64,000 nt of DNA from Candidatus Omnitrophota bacterium (GTDB taxonomy: Bacteria; Omnitrophota; Gorgyraeia; Duberdicusellales; 4484-171). Positions 49,770 to 59,373 of this stretch are shown here, one piece after another. Within the stretch, counting starts at the first letter, position 1. Every line of letters starts with the position of its first letter. Position numbers and translations under genes: made by a program. The DNA is taken from positions 95,874 through 159,873 of the forward strand of contig JAIPGM010000004.1 in assembly GCA_021735655.1 (NCBI GenBank), in the 5' to 3' direction. The notes beneath the pieces were generated by a model that saw only the letters and a program-made list of their open reading frames with translations, was not told the origin of the DNA and searched no databases.

Positions 49770-51613
49770 TGTGCGGAATTTTTGGCTATGTCGGGGGAGG
49801 GTTAAAATTCTCTTCGTTAATTAACGGCTTATCTAGGCTGGAATACCGTGGCTATGATTCTTGCGGAATCGCTAGTTTAAGCGGCAATAAACTTTTTTTA
49901 AAAAAACGAGCTGGCAAGATCCAACAGTTAAAAGATGATTTAAAAAACTGTCAAAAAGCCAAAAGTTCCTTAGCTCTTCTTCATACTCGCTGGGCAACCC
50001 ATGGCGAGCCTAATAAATCCAATGCTCATCCTCATGCTGATTGCCACCGAGAAATAGTTGTGGCCCATAACGGAATAATCGAAAATTTCCTAGAATTAAA
50101 ACAAAGTCTTTTAAGGAAAGGACATAAGTTTACCAGCCAGACCGACAGCGAAGTTATTGCCCATCTTATCGAGGAATTTTACAAAGATTCTTTGTTTAAG
50201 GCTACTCAAAAGGCAGTGAAAGAATTAAGAGGTTCATTCGCACTCGGGGTTATATCAACTAAAGAGCCAGATAAAATTGTAGCCGTGAGGTTTCAGAGTC
50301 CGTTAATTATTGGTTCAGGGGCCAAGGGGAATTTTTTAGCTTCGGACATACCGGCACTTTTAGCCTTTGCTAAGGAAGCAGCCCACCTTAAAGATCAGCA
50401 AATGGCAGTTATCGATTCTCAGAAAGCAACAGTTTTTAGTTCTAAAATTAGGCCAGCTACTTTTAGCTTAGGTCAGCCAGCTGCCCTCAGCAAGATTACT
50501 ATTAAAACCCAAGAGGCTGAGAAAAATGGCTATGAACATTTTATGCTTAAGGAGATTAATGAACAGCCAGCAGTTTTAAGAAAAATAATTTCTTCATATA
50601 TCAAAAAAGATACAATCTGCTTTCCGGATCTCGGAATTAGCAAAGAATATTTACGAAAAACAAGGAAGGTTTATGTAGCCGCCTGCGGTACGGCCTATCA
50701 TGCTGGTTATGTAGCTAAGTATTTTATAGAAAAACACTGTCGCATCCCGGTCGAGATAGATACTTCTTCAGAATTTCGTTATCGCTCTCTCACTTCAGGC
50801 AAGGGGGATTTGCTTATAGCGGTTTCTCAATCCGGCGAAACAGCAGATACCTTGGCGGCGACAAGAGAGGCAAAAAAAAGAGGGGCTAAGGTATTAACTA
50901 TTTGTAATGTTTTAGGGTCAAGTCTTTCTAAGGAGGGAGATGCTACAATCGCAACTTTGGCTGGTCCGGAAATCGGCGTTGCCTCAACCAAAGCCTATAC
51001 CGCCCAAATTTTTTGTTTATATTTATTCGGTCTTTATTTAGGCAAGCAAAAGACCAGCTTAAGGCCGGGTGATTTCCGACGTCTGTTGAAAGAGTTAGCC
51101 AAAGTTCCTGCTTGTCAGAAAAGGATTTTAGCTAACAGTTCAAGGGTTAAAAAAATAGCCAAGAAGTTTTCTAAGTTCGGCTCATTTTTATTCTTGGGAC
51201 GTGGGGTGAATTTTCCTTCAGCCTTAGAAGGCGCCCTAAAACTAAAAGAAATTTCCTATATTCCGGCCGAAGGATATCCGGCTGGGGAAATGAAGCACGG
51301 ACCAATTGCCTTGATTGATGAGTACCGAGCAGTTGTTTGCATTGCTACACAAGATGAGCTTTATGAGAAGATGTTTTCCAATGTTCAGGAGATAAAGGCC
51401 CGCAAGGGGAAAGTCTTAGCAATCCTTAACCCCAAAGATAAAGAGGTGTCTACTTTGAGTGATGCGGTTATTTATGTTCCCAACATCAGCCAAGAAGCAA
51501 GCCCACTTTTGGTGGCTGTTGCCTTGCAGCTTTTTGCTTATTTTGTTGCTAAAAACTTAAACTGCGAAATAGATCAGCCGCGCAATTTAGCTAAGTCAGT
51601 CACAGTAGAATAG
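49769..51613 (+). CDS. glmS: Glutamine--fructose-6-phosphate aminotransferase
   Basis: 614 aa. N-terminal MCGIFGY class-II amidotransferase Cys. Two SIS domains. C-terminal ...VE. Confidence 0.95.
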   Translation: MCGIFGYVGGGLKFSSLINGLSRLEYRGYDSCGIASLSGNKLFLKKRAGKIQQLKDDLKNCQKAKSSLALLHTRWATHGEPNKSNAHPHADCHREIVVAHNGIIENFLELKQSLLRKGHKFTSQTDSEVIAHLIEEFYKDSLFKATQKAVKELRGSFALGVISTKEPDKIVAVRFQSPLIIGSGAKGNFLASDIPALLAFAKEAAHLKDQQMAVIDSQKATVFSSKIRPATFSLGQPAALSKITIKTQEAEKNGYEHFMLKEINEQPAVLRKIISSYIKKDTICFPDLGISKEYLRKTRKVYVAACGTAYHAGYVAKYFIEKHCRIPVEIDTSSEFRYRSLTSGKGDLLIAVSQSGETADTLAATREAKKRGAKVLTICNVLGSSLSKEGDATIATLAGPEIGVASTKAYTAQIFCLYLFGLYLGKQKTSLRPGDFRRLLKELAKVPACQKRILANSSRVKKIAKKFSKFGSFLFLGRGVNFPSALEGALKLKEISYIPAEGYPAGEMKHGPIALIDEYRAVVCIATQDELYEKMFSNVQEIKARKGKVLAILNPKDKEVSTLSDAVIYVPNISQEASPLLVAVALQLFAYFVAKNLNCEIDQPRNLAKSVTVE

Positions 51614-51619
51614 TTAAAA

Positions 51620-52282
51620 ATGCTATACTTAGTTGCAACCCCGATAGGGAACCTAGAGGATATTACTTTAAGAGCTATACGTATTTTAAGGGAAGTGGAC
51701 TTAGTGCTCTGCGAGGACACCCGAAAGACTGGGTTTTTGCTTAAACATTTAGGATTAAAGAAAAAGCTGGTTAGTTTTTTTGAACACAGCGAAGTAAAAA
51801 AAATGCCCTGGGTTATCGATGAATTAAGCCAGGGTAAAAATATAGCTCTTGTGTCTTCAGCTGGCACGCCGACTATTTCTGATCCGGGATATAAATTGGT
51901 GAGAGAGTGCCGAAGACTTTCTTTAGCGGTCAGTTCAGCGCCGGGGGCATCAAGTGTTATTAATGCGCTTAGTTTAACTTCGATACCTCATGAAAAGTTT
52001 ATTTTTTTAGGCTATATCCCTAAGAAAAAGAATCAATGTAAACAATTGTTTGATAGCGTGAAAGATTGGGGCTTGGCTGTTGTTTTTCTTGAGTCGCCCT
52101 ACCGATTAATTAAATCTCTAGAGATAGTTAAAGAGGTCTTTGGGGATAGAAAAGTTGCTGTTGCTCGCGAGATGACCAAGAAATTTGAGGAAGTTAAAGA
52201 AGCAGAAGCAAAAGAGCTTTTAGTCTACTTTTCTAATAAGAAGCCGAAGGGCGAGATGGTTTTAATTGTCGCGGCGGCTTAA
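51620..52282 (+). CDS. rsmI: 16S rRNA (cytidine1402-2'-O)-methyltransferase RsmI
   Basis: 220 aa. MLYLVATPIGNLEDITLRAIRILREVDLVLCEDTR matches the tetrapyrrole-methylase-fold RsmI N-terminus. Confidence 0.8.
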   Translation: MLYLVATPIGNLEDITLRAIRILREVDLVLCEDTRKTGFLLKHLGLKKKLVSFFEHSEVKKMPWVIDELSQGKNIALVSSAGTPTISDPGYKLVRECRRLSLAVSSAPGASSVINALSLTSIPHEKFIFLGYIPKKKNQCKQLFDSVKDWGLAVVFLESPYRLIKSLEIVKEVFGDRKVAVAREMTKKFEEVKEAEAKELLVYFSNKKPKGEMVLIVAAA

Positions 52283-52292
52283 AAATCCACCC

Positions 52293-52433
52293 TTGACACA
52301 GACGCCTAAATAGTATATAAATGTATAGCCTTTAAGCGGGTCCGGCGAGGCCTAAAAGGAGTAAAATGTACAAAAATAGTCAAAAACAAGGTCCCGTTTC
52401 GACTTATTCGGTTGGAACGGGTTTTTTATTTTT
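52293..52433 (+). promoter_or_regulatory. Sigma70-type promoter plus PyrR-binding attenuator leader (PyrR box and intrinsic terminator) upstream of pyrR
   Basis: TTGACA at 52293..52298, a 17-nt spacer, then TATAAA. PyrR-box-like GGUCCGGCGAGGCCUAAAAGGAG at 52338..52361. Terminator hairpin cccgtttcgacttattcggttggaacggg plus ttttttattttt ends at the pyrR ATG. Confidence 0.6.
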
Positions 52434-52982
52434 ATGAGTAATTCGAAAGAAAACAAGAAAATCCTTTCCAGTGATGATGTCCGAAGGGTTATCCAGCGGC
52501 TTACTCACCAGATTTTAGAGAAAAACGACCAAGCACATGATTTGGTGCTTATCGGCATCCAGACCCGAGGGGTTCATTTAGCTAAAAGAGTCCAAACTGC
52601 GATCAAAGATATAAATGGCAGAGAAATCCCCCTAGGCGCTTTGGGGATTACTTTTTATCGCGATGATTTAACTACCATTGGACCAAGTCCGGTGGTCAAA
52701 GGAACGAAGATAAATTTTGATTTAAAGAATAAACGGATAATTTTGATTGATGACGTTTTGTTCACCGGGAGAACAATTCGGGCAGCCTTGAATGAAATTA
52801 TGGATTTCGGCCGGCCCAAGAGCGTTGAGCTTTTAGTTTTAGTTGATCGCGGTCACCGGGAGTTACCGATCCGGGCAGATTTCGTTGGGAAAAATATACC
52901 GACCTCCATGCAAGAGTCGGTAGAGGTGAGGATGGTTGAGATCGACGGCGTTGATGAGGTAATTATAAAAAATAAAAACTAA
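52434..52982 (+). CDS. pyrR: Bifunctional pyrimidine operon regulator / uracil phosphoribosyltransferase PyrR
   Basis: 182 aa. PRTase motif ILIDDVLFTGRT. PyrR length and N-terminus. Confidence 0.9.
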   Translation: MSNSKENKKILSSDDVRRVIQRLTHQILEKNDQAHDLVLIGIQTRGVHLAKRVQTAIKDINGREIPLGALGITFYRDDLTTIGPSPVVKGTKINFDLKNKRIILIDDVLFTGRTIRAALNEIMDFGRPKSVELLVLVDRGHRELPIRADFVGKNIPTSMQESVEVRMVEIDGVDEVIIKNKN

Positions 52983-53911
52983 TGCGTTGGCAAAGAAAAG
53001 ATTTGTTAGGTTTGGAAGAATTAAGCAAAGAAGAGATTGAGCAGATTTTAATTACCGCCGAATCATTCAAGGAAGTTACCACTCGAGAGATTAAAAAAGT
53101 TCCGGCCCTCCGCGGCAAAACCGTGGTTAACTTATTTTATGAGCCTTCAACTAGGACTAGGGTGTCTTTTGAAGTTGCTGCGAAGCGACTTTCTGCTGAC
53201 GTAATTAATATTTCGACTGAATCCTCAAGCGTTAAAAAGGGCGAAACCCTAATTGATACCGGTAGAAACATTGAAGCCTTAAAGGCTGATATAATTATTG
53301 TAAGGCATGATTCGTCAGGGGCTGCAGCGATGCTGGCCCGTCATGTTAATGCGAATATAGTTAACGCCGGTGATGGCTGGCATGAACATCCCACCCAAGC
53401 CTTATTAGATCTATTTACCTTGAAAGAGAAACGAGGAAAAATTGAAGGTTTAAAGGTGAGTATTATCGGCGACATAGCTCATTCTCGGGTAGCACGTTCA
53501 AATATTTGGGGCTTAACTAAACTTGGAGCTAAAGTTACTTTATGTGCGCCAGAGTTGTTGATTCCACCGGGGGTGGAAGAAACCGGAGTTAAAGTTACCC
53601 ACGACATCGAAGAAGCTTTATTTGGTGCTGATGCAATTAATGTTTTGCGGATGCAGTTTGAGCGTGACAAAAAGGGAGCTTTCCCTAAGGCTTTGGAGTA
53701 CTTTAAAACTTTTGGTATAACTGAGGAAAGATTAAAGAAGGCCAAGAAGGATATTGTAGTAATGCACCCAGGGCCAATTAATCGAGGCATTGAGATATCC
53801 AGCGAGGTTGCTGATGGGCCGAATTCAGTCATTTTAGACCAAGTGACTAATGGTATAGCTGTAAGAATGGCGGTTTTATTTTTAATATCTCAGGTAAAAG
53901 ATGGGAAGTAA
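52982..53911 (+). CDS. pyrB: Aspartate carbamoyltransferase catalytic subunit
   Basis: 309 aa. STRTR carbamoyl-phosphate motif. HPTQ and HPGP motifs. Confidence 0.95.
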   Translation: MRWQRKDLLGLEELSKEEIEQILITAESFKEVTTREIKKVPALRGKTVVNLFYEPSTRTRVSFEVAAKRLSADVINISTESSSVKKGETLIDTGRNIEALKADIIIVRHDSSGAAAMLARHVNANIVNAGDGWHEHPTQALLDLFTLKEKRGKIEGLKVSIIGDIAHSRVARSNIWGLTKLGAKVTLCAPELLIPPGVEETGVKVTHDIEEALFGADAINVLRMQFERDKKGAFPKALEYFKTFGITEERLKKAKKDIVVMHPGPINRGIEISSEVADGPNSVILDQVTNGIAVRMAVLFLISQVKDGK

Positions 53912-55184
53912 AAGTATTTTAATCAAAGGCGGACAGGTTATTGATCCTTCGAGGGATTCTAGCCAGGTGAAGGATATTTTAATTGAAGACGGGGTTGTTA
54001 AAGAGGTTTCAAACTCAATATCAAGTTCCGCTGAAATCGTGATTGAAGCCAAAGGTAAAATCGTTATGCCGGGCTTGGTAGACATGCATGTGCATTTGCG
54101 TGAGCCCGGACGCGAAGATAAAGAAACTGTGCTTTCAGGAACACAAGCTGCGCTAAGCGGCGGAGTAACTTCAGTTTTGGCTATGGCCAATACGGATCCG
54201 GCGACAGATTCAGTTGAGCATTTAGCAGTGCTTAATAAAATTATTAGACAAACCGCAGTAGCAGATGTTTTTGTCGCTGCAGCGATGACCAAAGCAAGAG
54301 AAGGCTGGGAAATTACTGATTTTTCGGCCCTGAGAAAAAGAGGAGCGATTGCGGTTAGCGATGATGGTTCTTCGGTTGACGATCCGGTTGTGATGAAGAA
54401 AATACTCAAGGCGGCAAAGAAAGAAAATCTTTTAGTAATCTGTCACTGTGAGGACATATCGCTTTCAAGGGGTGGGTCAGTAAATTTAGGCTTTACTTCA
54501 ACCCGTCTGGGCTTACGAGGAATTTCTCGAGAATCAGAATACCAGAGAGTCGCCAGGGATATTGAATTGGCTAAAGAAATCGGAGCGAGAATCCATATTG
54601 CCCATGTGAGTTGTCGCGAGTCAGTAGAAATTATTGCTAAGGCCAAGAAGGAGGGGGTGGCGGTCACCGCTGAAACTGCGCCGCACTATTTTGTTTTAAC
54701 CGACCAAGCAACCCGTTCTTTCGATACAAACATGAAGATGAATCCACCATTACGCAGCGCAGAAGATGTGGAAAGTATTAGGCTAGGTCTAAGCGACGGG
54801 ACAATAGATGTTATTGCTTCTGATCATGCTCCGCACACGGCCAATGAAAAGGATATTGAGTTTGATCGTGCCGCTTTCGGGGTGATCGGGCTTGAAACCG
54901 AATTGGCAGTGGCCATTACTGAATTAGTGCATAGCGGTGCATTAAGTTGGCTTGATTTAGCTAAAAAATTATCTTATAATCCGGCTAAAATTATTGGTAT
55001 TGATAAAGGCACTTTGAGGGTTGGGGCATCTGCTGATATAATTGTGGTTTCTCCGGATCAACAGTGGTTAGTGGCTAAAGAAAATTTTAGGTCTAAGTCT
55101 AAAAATTCCTGTTTTCTTAACAAGAAGCTAAAAGGAGCTGTTGAATATACGATTTATCGTGGACAGCTGGTTTATCAAAGATGA
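53901..55184 (+). CDS. pyrC: Dihydroorotase
   Basis: 427 aa. DMHVHLREPG metal-binding start. Amidohydrolase HxH...D pattern. Confidence 0.9.
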   Translation: MGSKSILIKGGQVIDPSRDSSQVKDILIEDGVVKEVSNSISSSAEIVIEAKGKIVMPGLVDMHVHLREPGREDKETVLSGTQAALSGGVTSVLAMANTDPATDSVEHLAVLNKIIRQTAVADVFVAAAMTKAREGWEITDFSALRKRGAIAVSDDGSSVDDPVVMKKILKAAKKENLLVICHCEDISLSRGGSVNLGFTSTRLGLRGISRESEYQRVARDIELAKEIGARIHIAHVSCRESVEIIAKAKKEGVAVTAETAPHYFVLTDQATRSFDTNMKMNPPLRSAEDVESIRLGLSDGTIDVIASDHAPHTANEKDIEFDRAAFGVIGLETELAVAITELVHSGALSWLDLAKKLSYNPAKIIGIDKGTLRVGASADIIVVSPDQQWLVAKENFRSKSKNSCFLNKKLKGAVEYTIYRGQLVYQR

Positions 55185-56422
55185 AATTCGTAGCCGATTT
55201 TCATATTCATTCCAAATATTCTCGGGCCACATCTCGAGATATGGAGATACCACAATTAGCAAAATGGGCTAAGCTAAAAGGGGTCGATCTTTTAGGGACC
55301 GGAGATTTTACTCATCATCTTTGGCTTCAAGAGGTAAAAAAACACCTAAAGCCAGAAGGTAAGACTGGTTTGTATAGCTATGAAGGGATTCATTTTATTC
55401 TTTCGGCCGAGATATCAAGTATTTTTTCTCAAGCTGGGAAAACTTACCGAGTGCACAATGTGCTTTTGGCTCCTTCCTTTGAAATAGTTGAAGAGATAAA
55501 TCGTATGTTTGCCTCTTTCGGTAACATTGCTTCTGACGGCCGGCCGATTTTAGGAATGAGTTGTAAAAAAATAGCCGAGGAAGTATTTAAAATTTCCCAA
55601 GAGGTGATGCTGATTCCGGCCCATATCTGGACGCCTTGGTTTTCGGTTTTTGGCTCAAGTTCTGGGTTTGACAATATAGAAGATGCCTATGGTGAGTATA
55701 CCGATAAAATTACGGCTTTGGAAACCGGTTTATCTAGTGATCCGGCGATGAACTGGATGATTTCAAAGCTTGATAAGTTTTCTTTGATTTCTAATTCCGA
55801 CTCACATTCTCCTTCGCGGATTGGTCGTGAAGCCAATATTTTTGACTGCGAGCTTAGTTACTGGGAAATAAAAAAAGTCTTAGAAGAAAAAGATAAAAGT
55901 AAATTTCTCTATACGGTTGAATTTTTTCCAGAAGAGGGTAAGTATCATTATGACGGCCATCGCAACTGTAAAGTTAGATGGCATCCTAGCCAAACAAAAA
56001 GCCATGATGGTAAATGCAGTGTCTGTGGGCGAGCAGTCACCAAGGGCGTTTTAGGTAGGGTAAATGAACTAGCTGATCGAGAAGAAGGGTTTGTTCCTGA
56101 CAATGCTATTGGTTATAAAAGTTTAGTTCCCCTAGATGAGATTATTGCTGAAACTAAAGGGGTTAAGCGCGGGGCAAAACGAGTAGTAGAGGAATACATG
56201 AGGTTGGTTAATAGCTTTGGTTCGGAGTTTAATATTTTAGTAAATATCGATCAAAAAGAATTAGATTCTCACTTTCCGGAAAAAATAGCCGAAGGGATTC
56301 GAAAGGTAAGAGCTAAGGAGCTTAATGTGCTTGCCGGCTATGACGGTGAGTATGGCGTGATTAAAATATTTGGCTCTGAGGAAGAAGAAAAAAAGGAAGA
56401 CCAGCAGCTAACTTTGTTTTAG
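55181..56422 (+). CDS. PHP-domain protein of the endonuclease Q (EndoQ / TIGR00375) family
   Basis: 413 aa. MKFVADFHIHSKYSRATS PHP N-terminus like EndoQ. C-terminal Zn-finger CKVRWH...CSVCG. Confidence 0.5.
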   Translation: MKFVADFHIHSKYSRATSRDMEIPQLAKWAKLKGVDLLGTGDFTHHLWLQEVKKHLKPEGKTGLYSYEGIHFILSAEISSIFSQAGKTYRVHNVLLAPSFEIVEEINRMFASFGNIASDGRPILGMSCKKIAEEVFKISQEVMLIPAHIWTPWFSVFGSSSGFDNIEDAYGEYTDKITALETGLSSDPAMNWMISKLDKFSLISNSDSHSPSRIGREANIFDCELSYWEIKKVLEEKDKSKFLYTVEFFPEEGKYHYDGHRNCKVRWHPSQTKSHDGKCSVCGRAVTKGVLGRVNELADREEGFVPDNAIGYKSLVPLDEIIAETKGVKRGAKRVVEEYMRLVNSFGSEFNILVNIDQKELDSHFPEKIAEGIRKVRAKELNVLAGYDGEYGVIKIFGSEEEEKKEDQQLTLF

Positions 56423-56427
56423 TTAAC

Positions 56428-56502
56428 GTCCCTGTGGCCTAACGGATAAGGCGTTGGCCTCCGGAGCCAAAAATGCAGGTTCAATTCCTGCCAGGGACAC
56501 CA
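56428..56502 (+). tRNA. tRNA-Arg (CCG), CCA encoded
   Basis: GTCCCTGTGGCCTAACGGATAAGGCGTTGGCCTCCGGAGCCAAAAATGCAGGTTCAATTCCTGCCAGGGACACCA. Anticodon loop CTCCGGA. Confidence 0.85.
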
Positions 56503-56530
56503 TAAAAAAAGTAAACTCTCGGTAGGAAAA

Positions 56531-56980
56531 ATGAACATAACAGTAATTGGCGGACACAGTTGTTCAAAGGAAAACTATAACTTTGCTTATGAACTAGGAA
56601 AACTCATAGCCAAGGAGGGTTGGATTTTAATCTCCGGAGGCAAGGAAGGGGTGATGGAGGCAGTCTGTCGAGGCGCAAAAGAGCAAGGTGGCTTAACTGT
56701 AGGCATTTTACCTGGTTATGATCAAAAAGAGGCTAATGATTATGTAGATATTAAATTGCCTACCGGCTTAGGCTATGCCAGAAATGTTTTGGTGGTGAGA
56801 GCTTCTGATGTGGTAATAGCAGTTTCCGGAGAGTATGGAACACTTTCAGAGGTCGGGTTTGCGCTTAGTGAAAAAAAGATAGTTATTGGCATAGACAGCT
56901 GGGATATAAAAGGAGTAATTAAGGTGAAAACACCCCAGGCGGCGATAGCCCAGGTAAAAAAGGAGCTAGATGTTAAATAA
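56531..56980 (+). CDS. LOG-family / TIGR00725 Rossmann-fold nucleotide-binding protein
   Basis: 149 aa. ITVIGGHSCS...ISGGKEGVMEAVCRGA...GILP matches TIGR00725/LOG motifs. Confidence 0.55.
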   Translation: MNITVIGGHSCSKENYNFAYELGKLIAKEGWILISGGKEGVMEAVCRGAKEQGGLTVGILPGYDQKEANDYVDIKLPTGLGYARNVLVVRASDVVIAVSGEYGTLSEVGFALSEKKIVIGIDSWDIKGVIKVKTPQAAIAQVKKELDVK

Positions 56981-57482
56981 AAAAGAGATAGCACAACTTA
57001 TCGAGAAGGAAAAATTAATTGAAGAATATATCGATCTTGATAAGCAGTTAACCCCTAATGGATTTGACTTGTCAGTCAGTAAAATTTTTGAGTTTAGCTC
57101 CCCCGGGGCGTTAGATTTTTCTAATAAAGAGCGCTTGATTCCGAAAACAAAAGAGAGGGCGCCTAAGAAGCTGAATTCTGAAGATAAGTTCGGTTGGTGG
57201 AATTTGGAAAAAGGCGCATACAAAGTAAGAACCAATGAGGTAGTTAATTTGCCGAATGATTTAACTGCTCTTGCTTTTAGCCGGACATCAGTTTTACGCT
57301 TAGGAGCATTTACTCAACATGGAGTTTGGGATGCTGGATTCAAGGGCAAGGGGGAATTTATCTTGGTGGTTGAAAATTCTCAAGGGATAAAAATAAAACA
57401 AAATGCACGTCTAGCCCAACTGGTATTTTTTAAAGTAGATGAAACCGAAAGTTACGAAGGGATTTATAAACATTTAAAATGA
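56970..57482 (+). CDS. dCTP deaminase / dUTPase-superfamily protein
   Basis: 170 aa. Overall dCTP-deaminase-like pattern with GVWDAGFKG and RLAQLVFF. Tentative. Confidence 0.45.
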   Translation: MLNKKEIAQLIEKEKLIEEYIDLDKQLTPNGFDLSVSKIFEFSSPGALDFSNKERLIPKTKERAPKKLNSEDKFGWWNLEKGAYKVRTNEVVNLPNDLTALAFSRTSVLRLGAFTQHGVWDAGFKGKGEFILVVENSQGIKIKQNARLAQLVFFKVDETESYEGIYKHLK

Positions 57483-57715
57483 GCCCAGAAGGACATTTTG
57501 ATTTTGAGTCAGTAAGCGATCAAGAAGATAGGCTGGATTATGATAATTTAAAACCCTGCCCTAAATGCCAAAAGCTGATAGCTTGCGATGCAACTATCTG
57601 TTATTTTTGCGGTCAAGATGTTAGCTATCAAGAGAAAACTTCCTGGGTTGGTTGGGTTGTGGCTTTCCTGGTTATTGTTTTTGTTTTAAGCATTCTTTTC
57701 AGTGTAATAAGCTAA
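57479..57715 (+). CDS. Zinc-ribbon protein with a C-terminal TM anchor
   Basis: 78 aa. CPKCQ...CYFCGQ. Hydrophobic tail. Confidence 0.45.
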   Translation: MSPEGHFDFESVSDQEDRLDYDNLKPCPKCQKLIACDATICYFCGQDVSYQEKTSWVGWVVAFLVIVFVLSILFSVIS

Positions 57716-57744
57716 AATACTCTAGCATAAAAATCACCTGCCTG

Positions 57745-57810
57745 ACGAACCGCCTTAGCGGAGAGGAAGTCCTATTGGATTGCTTTGCTATTTGTTTTCT
57801 ATTGAGTCTT
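57745..57810. terminator. Bidirectional intrinsic terminator between convergent genes
   Basis: Hairpin cacctgcctgacgaaccgccttagcggagaggaagtcctattgg. T-rich on plus after it (ttgctttgctatttgtttt). A-rich before it, giving AUUUUUAUG on the minus strand. Confidence 0.45.
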
Positions 57811-57926
57811 TAAGTTACCCTTTTACTTTTGGGACGGTTGGATAGGTATTCGATATAAAGTATTTTCCATTTCCCGGTAACTTTTCCAATCGGGATTTTT
57901 GTTCCAAGGGTGCCTTTAAAAAATTA

Positions 57927-58289
57927 TTAAACCCCATACAGAATGTTTTCAATAAATTTCCTAGGATGTTTAACTAATACAAAATAGGCTGCTATTGGAG
58001 GAAAGATAAATATACAACCTATAATAGCAAAAAGAGTTATCCATATTTTTAAGAATTTATTGATTTCTATTTCATAATTAATTTTAGTTTTGTTCAGGTC
58101 CGCTTCCAATTTTAGCACACCAACCTTAGGAAACATGAAACTTGTTTGCGTGAAAAAGGTGCCATGCTTGAATTTTATTGTATTTTTATTTTGTTCGGTT
58201 ATTTCGCAATTTGCGCTGGCCAACATAGTTTTTAGCTTTTCAATGGTTTCACTTAATGATTTATTTACTGTTTTTGTTCCTGAAATCAT
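57927..58289 (-). CDS. Hypothetical membrane protein
   Basis: 120 aa. C-terminal TM region. Confidence 0.4.
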   Translation of the reverse strand: MISGTKTVNKSLSETIEKLKTMLASANCEITEQNKNTIKFKHGTFFTQTSFMFPKVGVLKLEADLNKTKINYEIEINKFLKIWITLFAIIGCIFIFPPIAAYFVLVKHPRKFIENILYGV

Positions 58290-58369
58290 TTTTCCTCCTT
58301 TTCAAATATAATACAAAAACCACCGGGCCATACTCGTCTGCCCAGTGGTTTATCTTGTTATGAGAGTCT

Positions 58370-59233
58370 TTATTGAGCTTTTTTCTTAATAGGCATTACT
58401 CCAGCAAGTTCACCTATTACATTAACCAATTCAGTGCCTGTTGGAATTACTACTTTTGCGTTATTTTCCAAAGCATTTTCAACCGTTTGAAGTTTTCTTA
58501 AAATTTGAGCGTTCCCTATGAAGTATTTTTCTGCAGCTTCGTTGACTAATTTTATAGCTTCAGCTTCTCCTTGCGCCTGCAGAATTCTTGCTTGCCTGAT
58601 TCCTTCAGCCTTTTTTATTTGTGATCTTTTTTCGCCGTCTGCAGCAGTTTCTTGAGCGGTGGCATAATCAACAGCGGCTATTTTTTCATTTTCTGCCTTT
58701 ACTACTTTGTTCATTGTATCTTGTACGTCTTTAGGCGGGTCTATTTGCTTTAATTCTGTTCTGACAATTTCAATTCCCCAGCTCGTTGTTTCTTCGCGAA
58801 GAGTTTTGTGTAATTCTGAATTAATTTTCCCTCTTTCGCTATTGGCAGATTTTAAAGTGAGAGTGCCGATAATATTTCTTAAAGTGGTTCTTGCTAAATT
58901 TACAATTTGATGTTGATAAAGATTAACGTTATATTGTGAACTCTTTACGCTTTCTTCGTTAGATTTTACTTTGAAATAAACCTGGGCATCTACAGTAGCA
59001 TTTAAATTATCATTGGTAATTATTTCCTGTGGTTCCGCGTCAACCATTTGCTCGGTGGTATTTACTATGTACATCTTTTCAATAATCGGGATAATCCAAT
59101 TAAATCCAAACTTAGCGAAACGACGGTATTTACCCAATCTTTCAATCAAGCCTCGATGCGTTGGTCTTACAATTCTAATTCCCAGAAAGAATATCACAAC
59201 GGTTACGACAATGACCAATTTCCATATTCCCAT
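58370..59233 (-). CDS. SPFH/band-7 (stomatin/prohibitin-like) protein
   Basis: 287 aa. N-terminal TM, SPFH core, Ala/Glu-rich coiled coil. Confidence 0.8.
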   Translation of the reverse strand: MGIWKLVIVVTVVIFFLGIRIVRPTHRGLIERLGKYRRFAKFGFNWIIPIIEKMYIVNTTEQMVDAEPQEIITNDNLNATVDAQVYFKVKSNEESVKSSQYNVNLYQHQIVNLARTTLRNIIGTLTLKSANSERGKINSELHKTLREETTSWGIEIVRTELKQIDPPKDVQDTMNKVVKAENEKIAAVDYATAQETAADGEKRSQIKKAEGIRQARILQAQGEAEAIKLVNEAAEKYFIGNAQILRKLQTVENALENNAKVVIPTGTELVNVIGELAGVMPIKKKAQ

Positions 59234-59373
59234 AACAACCTCCTTTTTGGTTTCAATTTATTATTTTATCACATCTAACGCAAAAATCATTCCTTTCGAT
59301 AACGCTTCGCAGCCTGTCTGATGAGCCTGTGACTCTAGGTAGAGGCGAGGAAGGTCGACGGTTGATTGATTTG

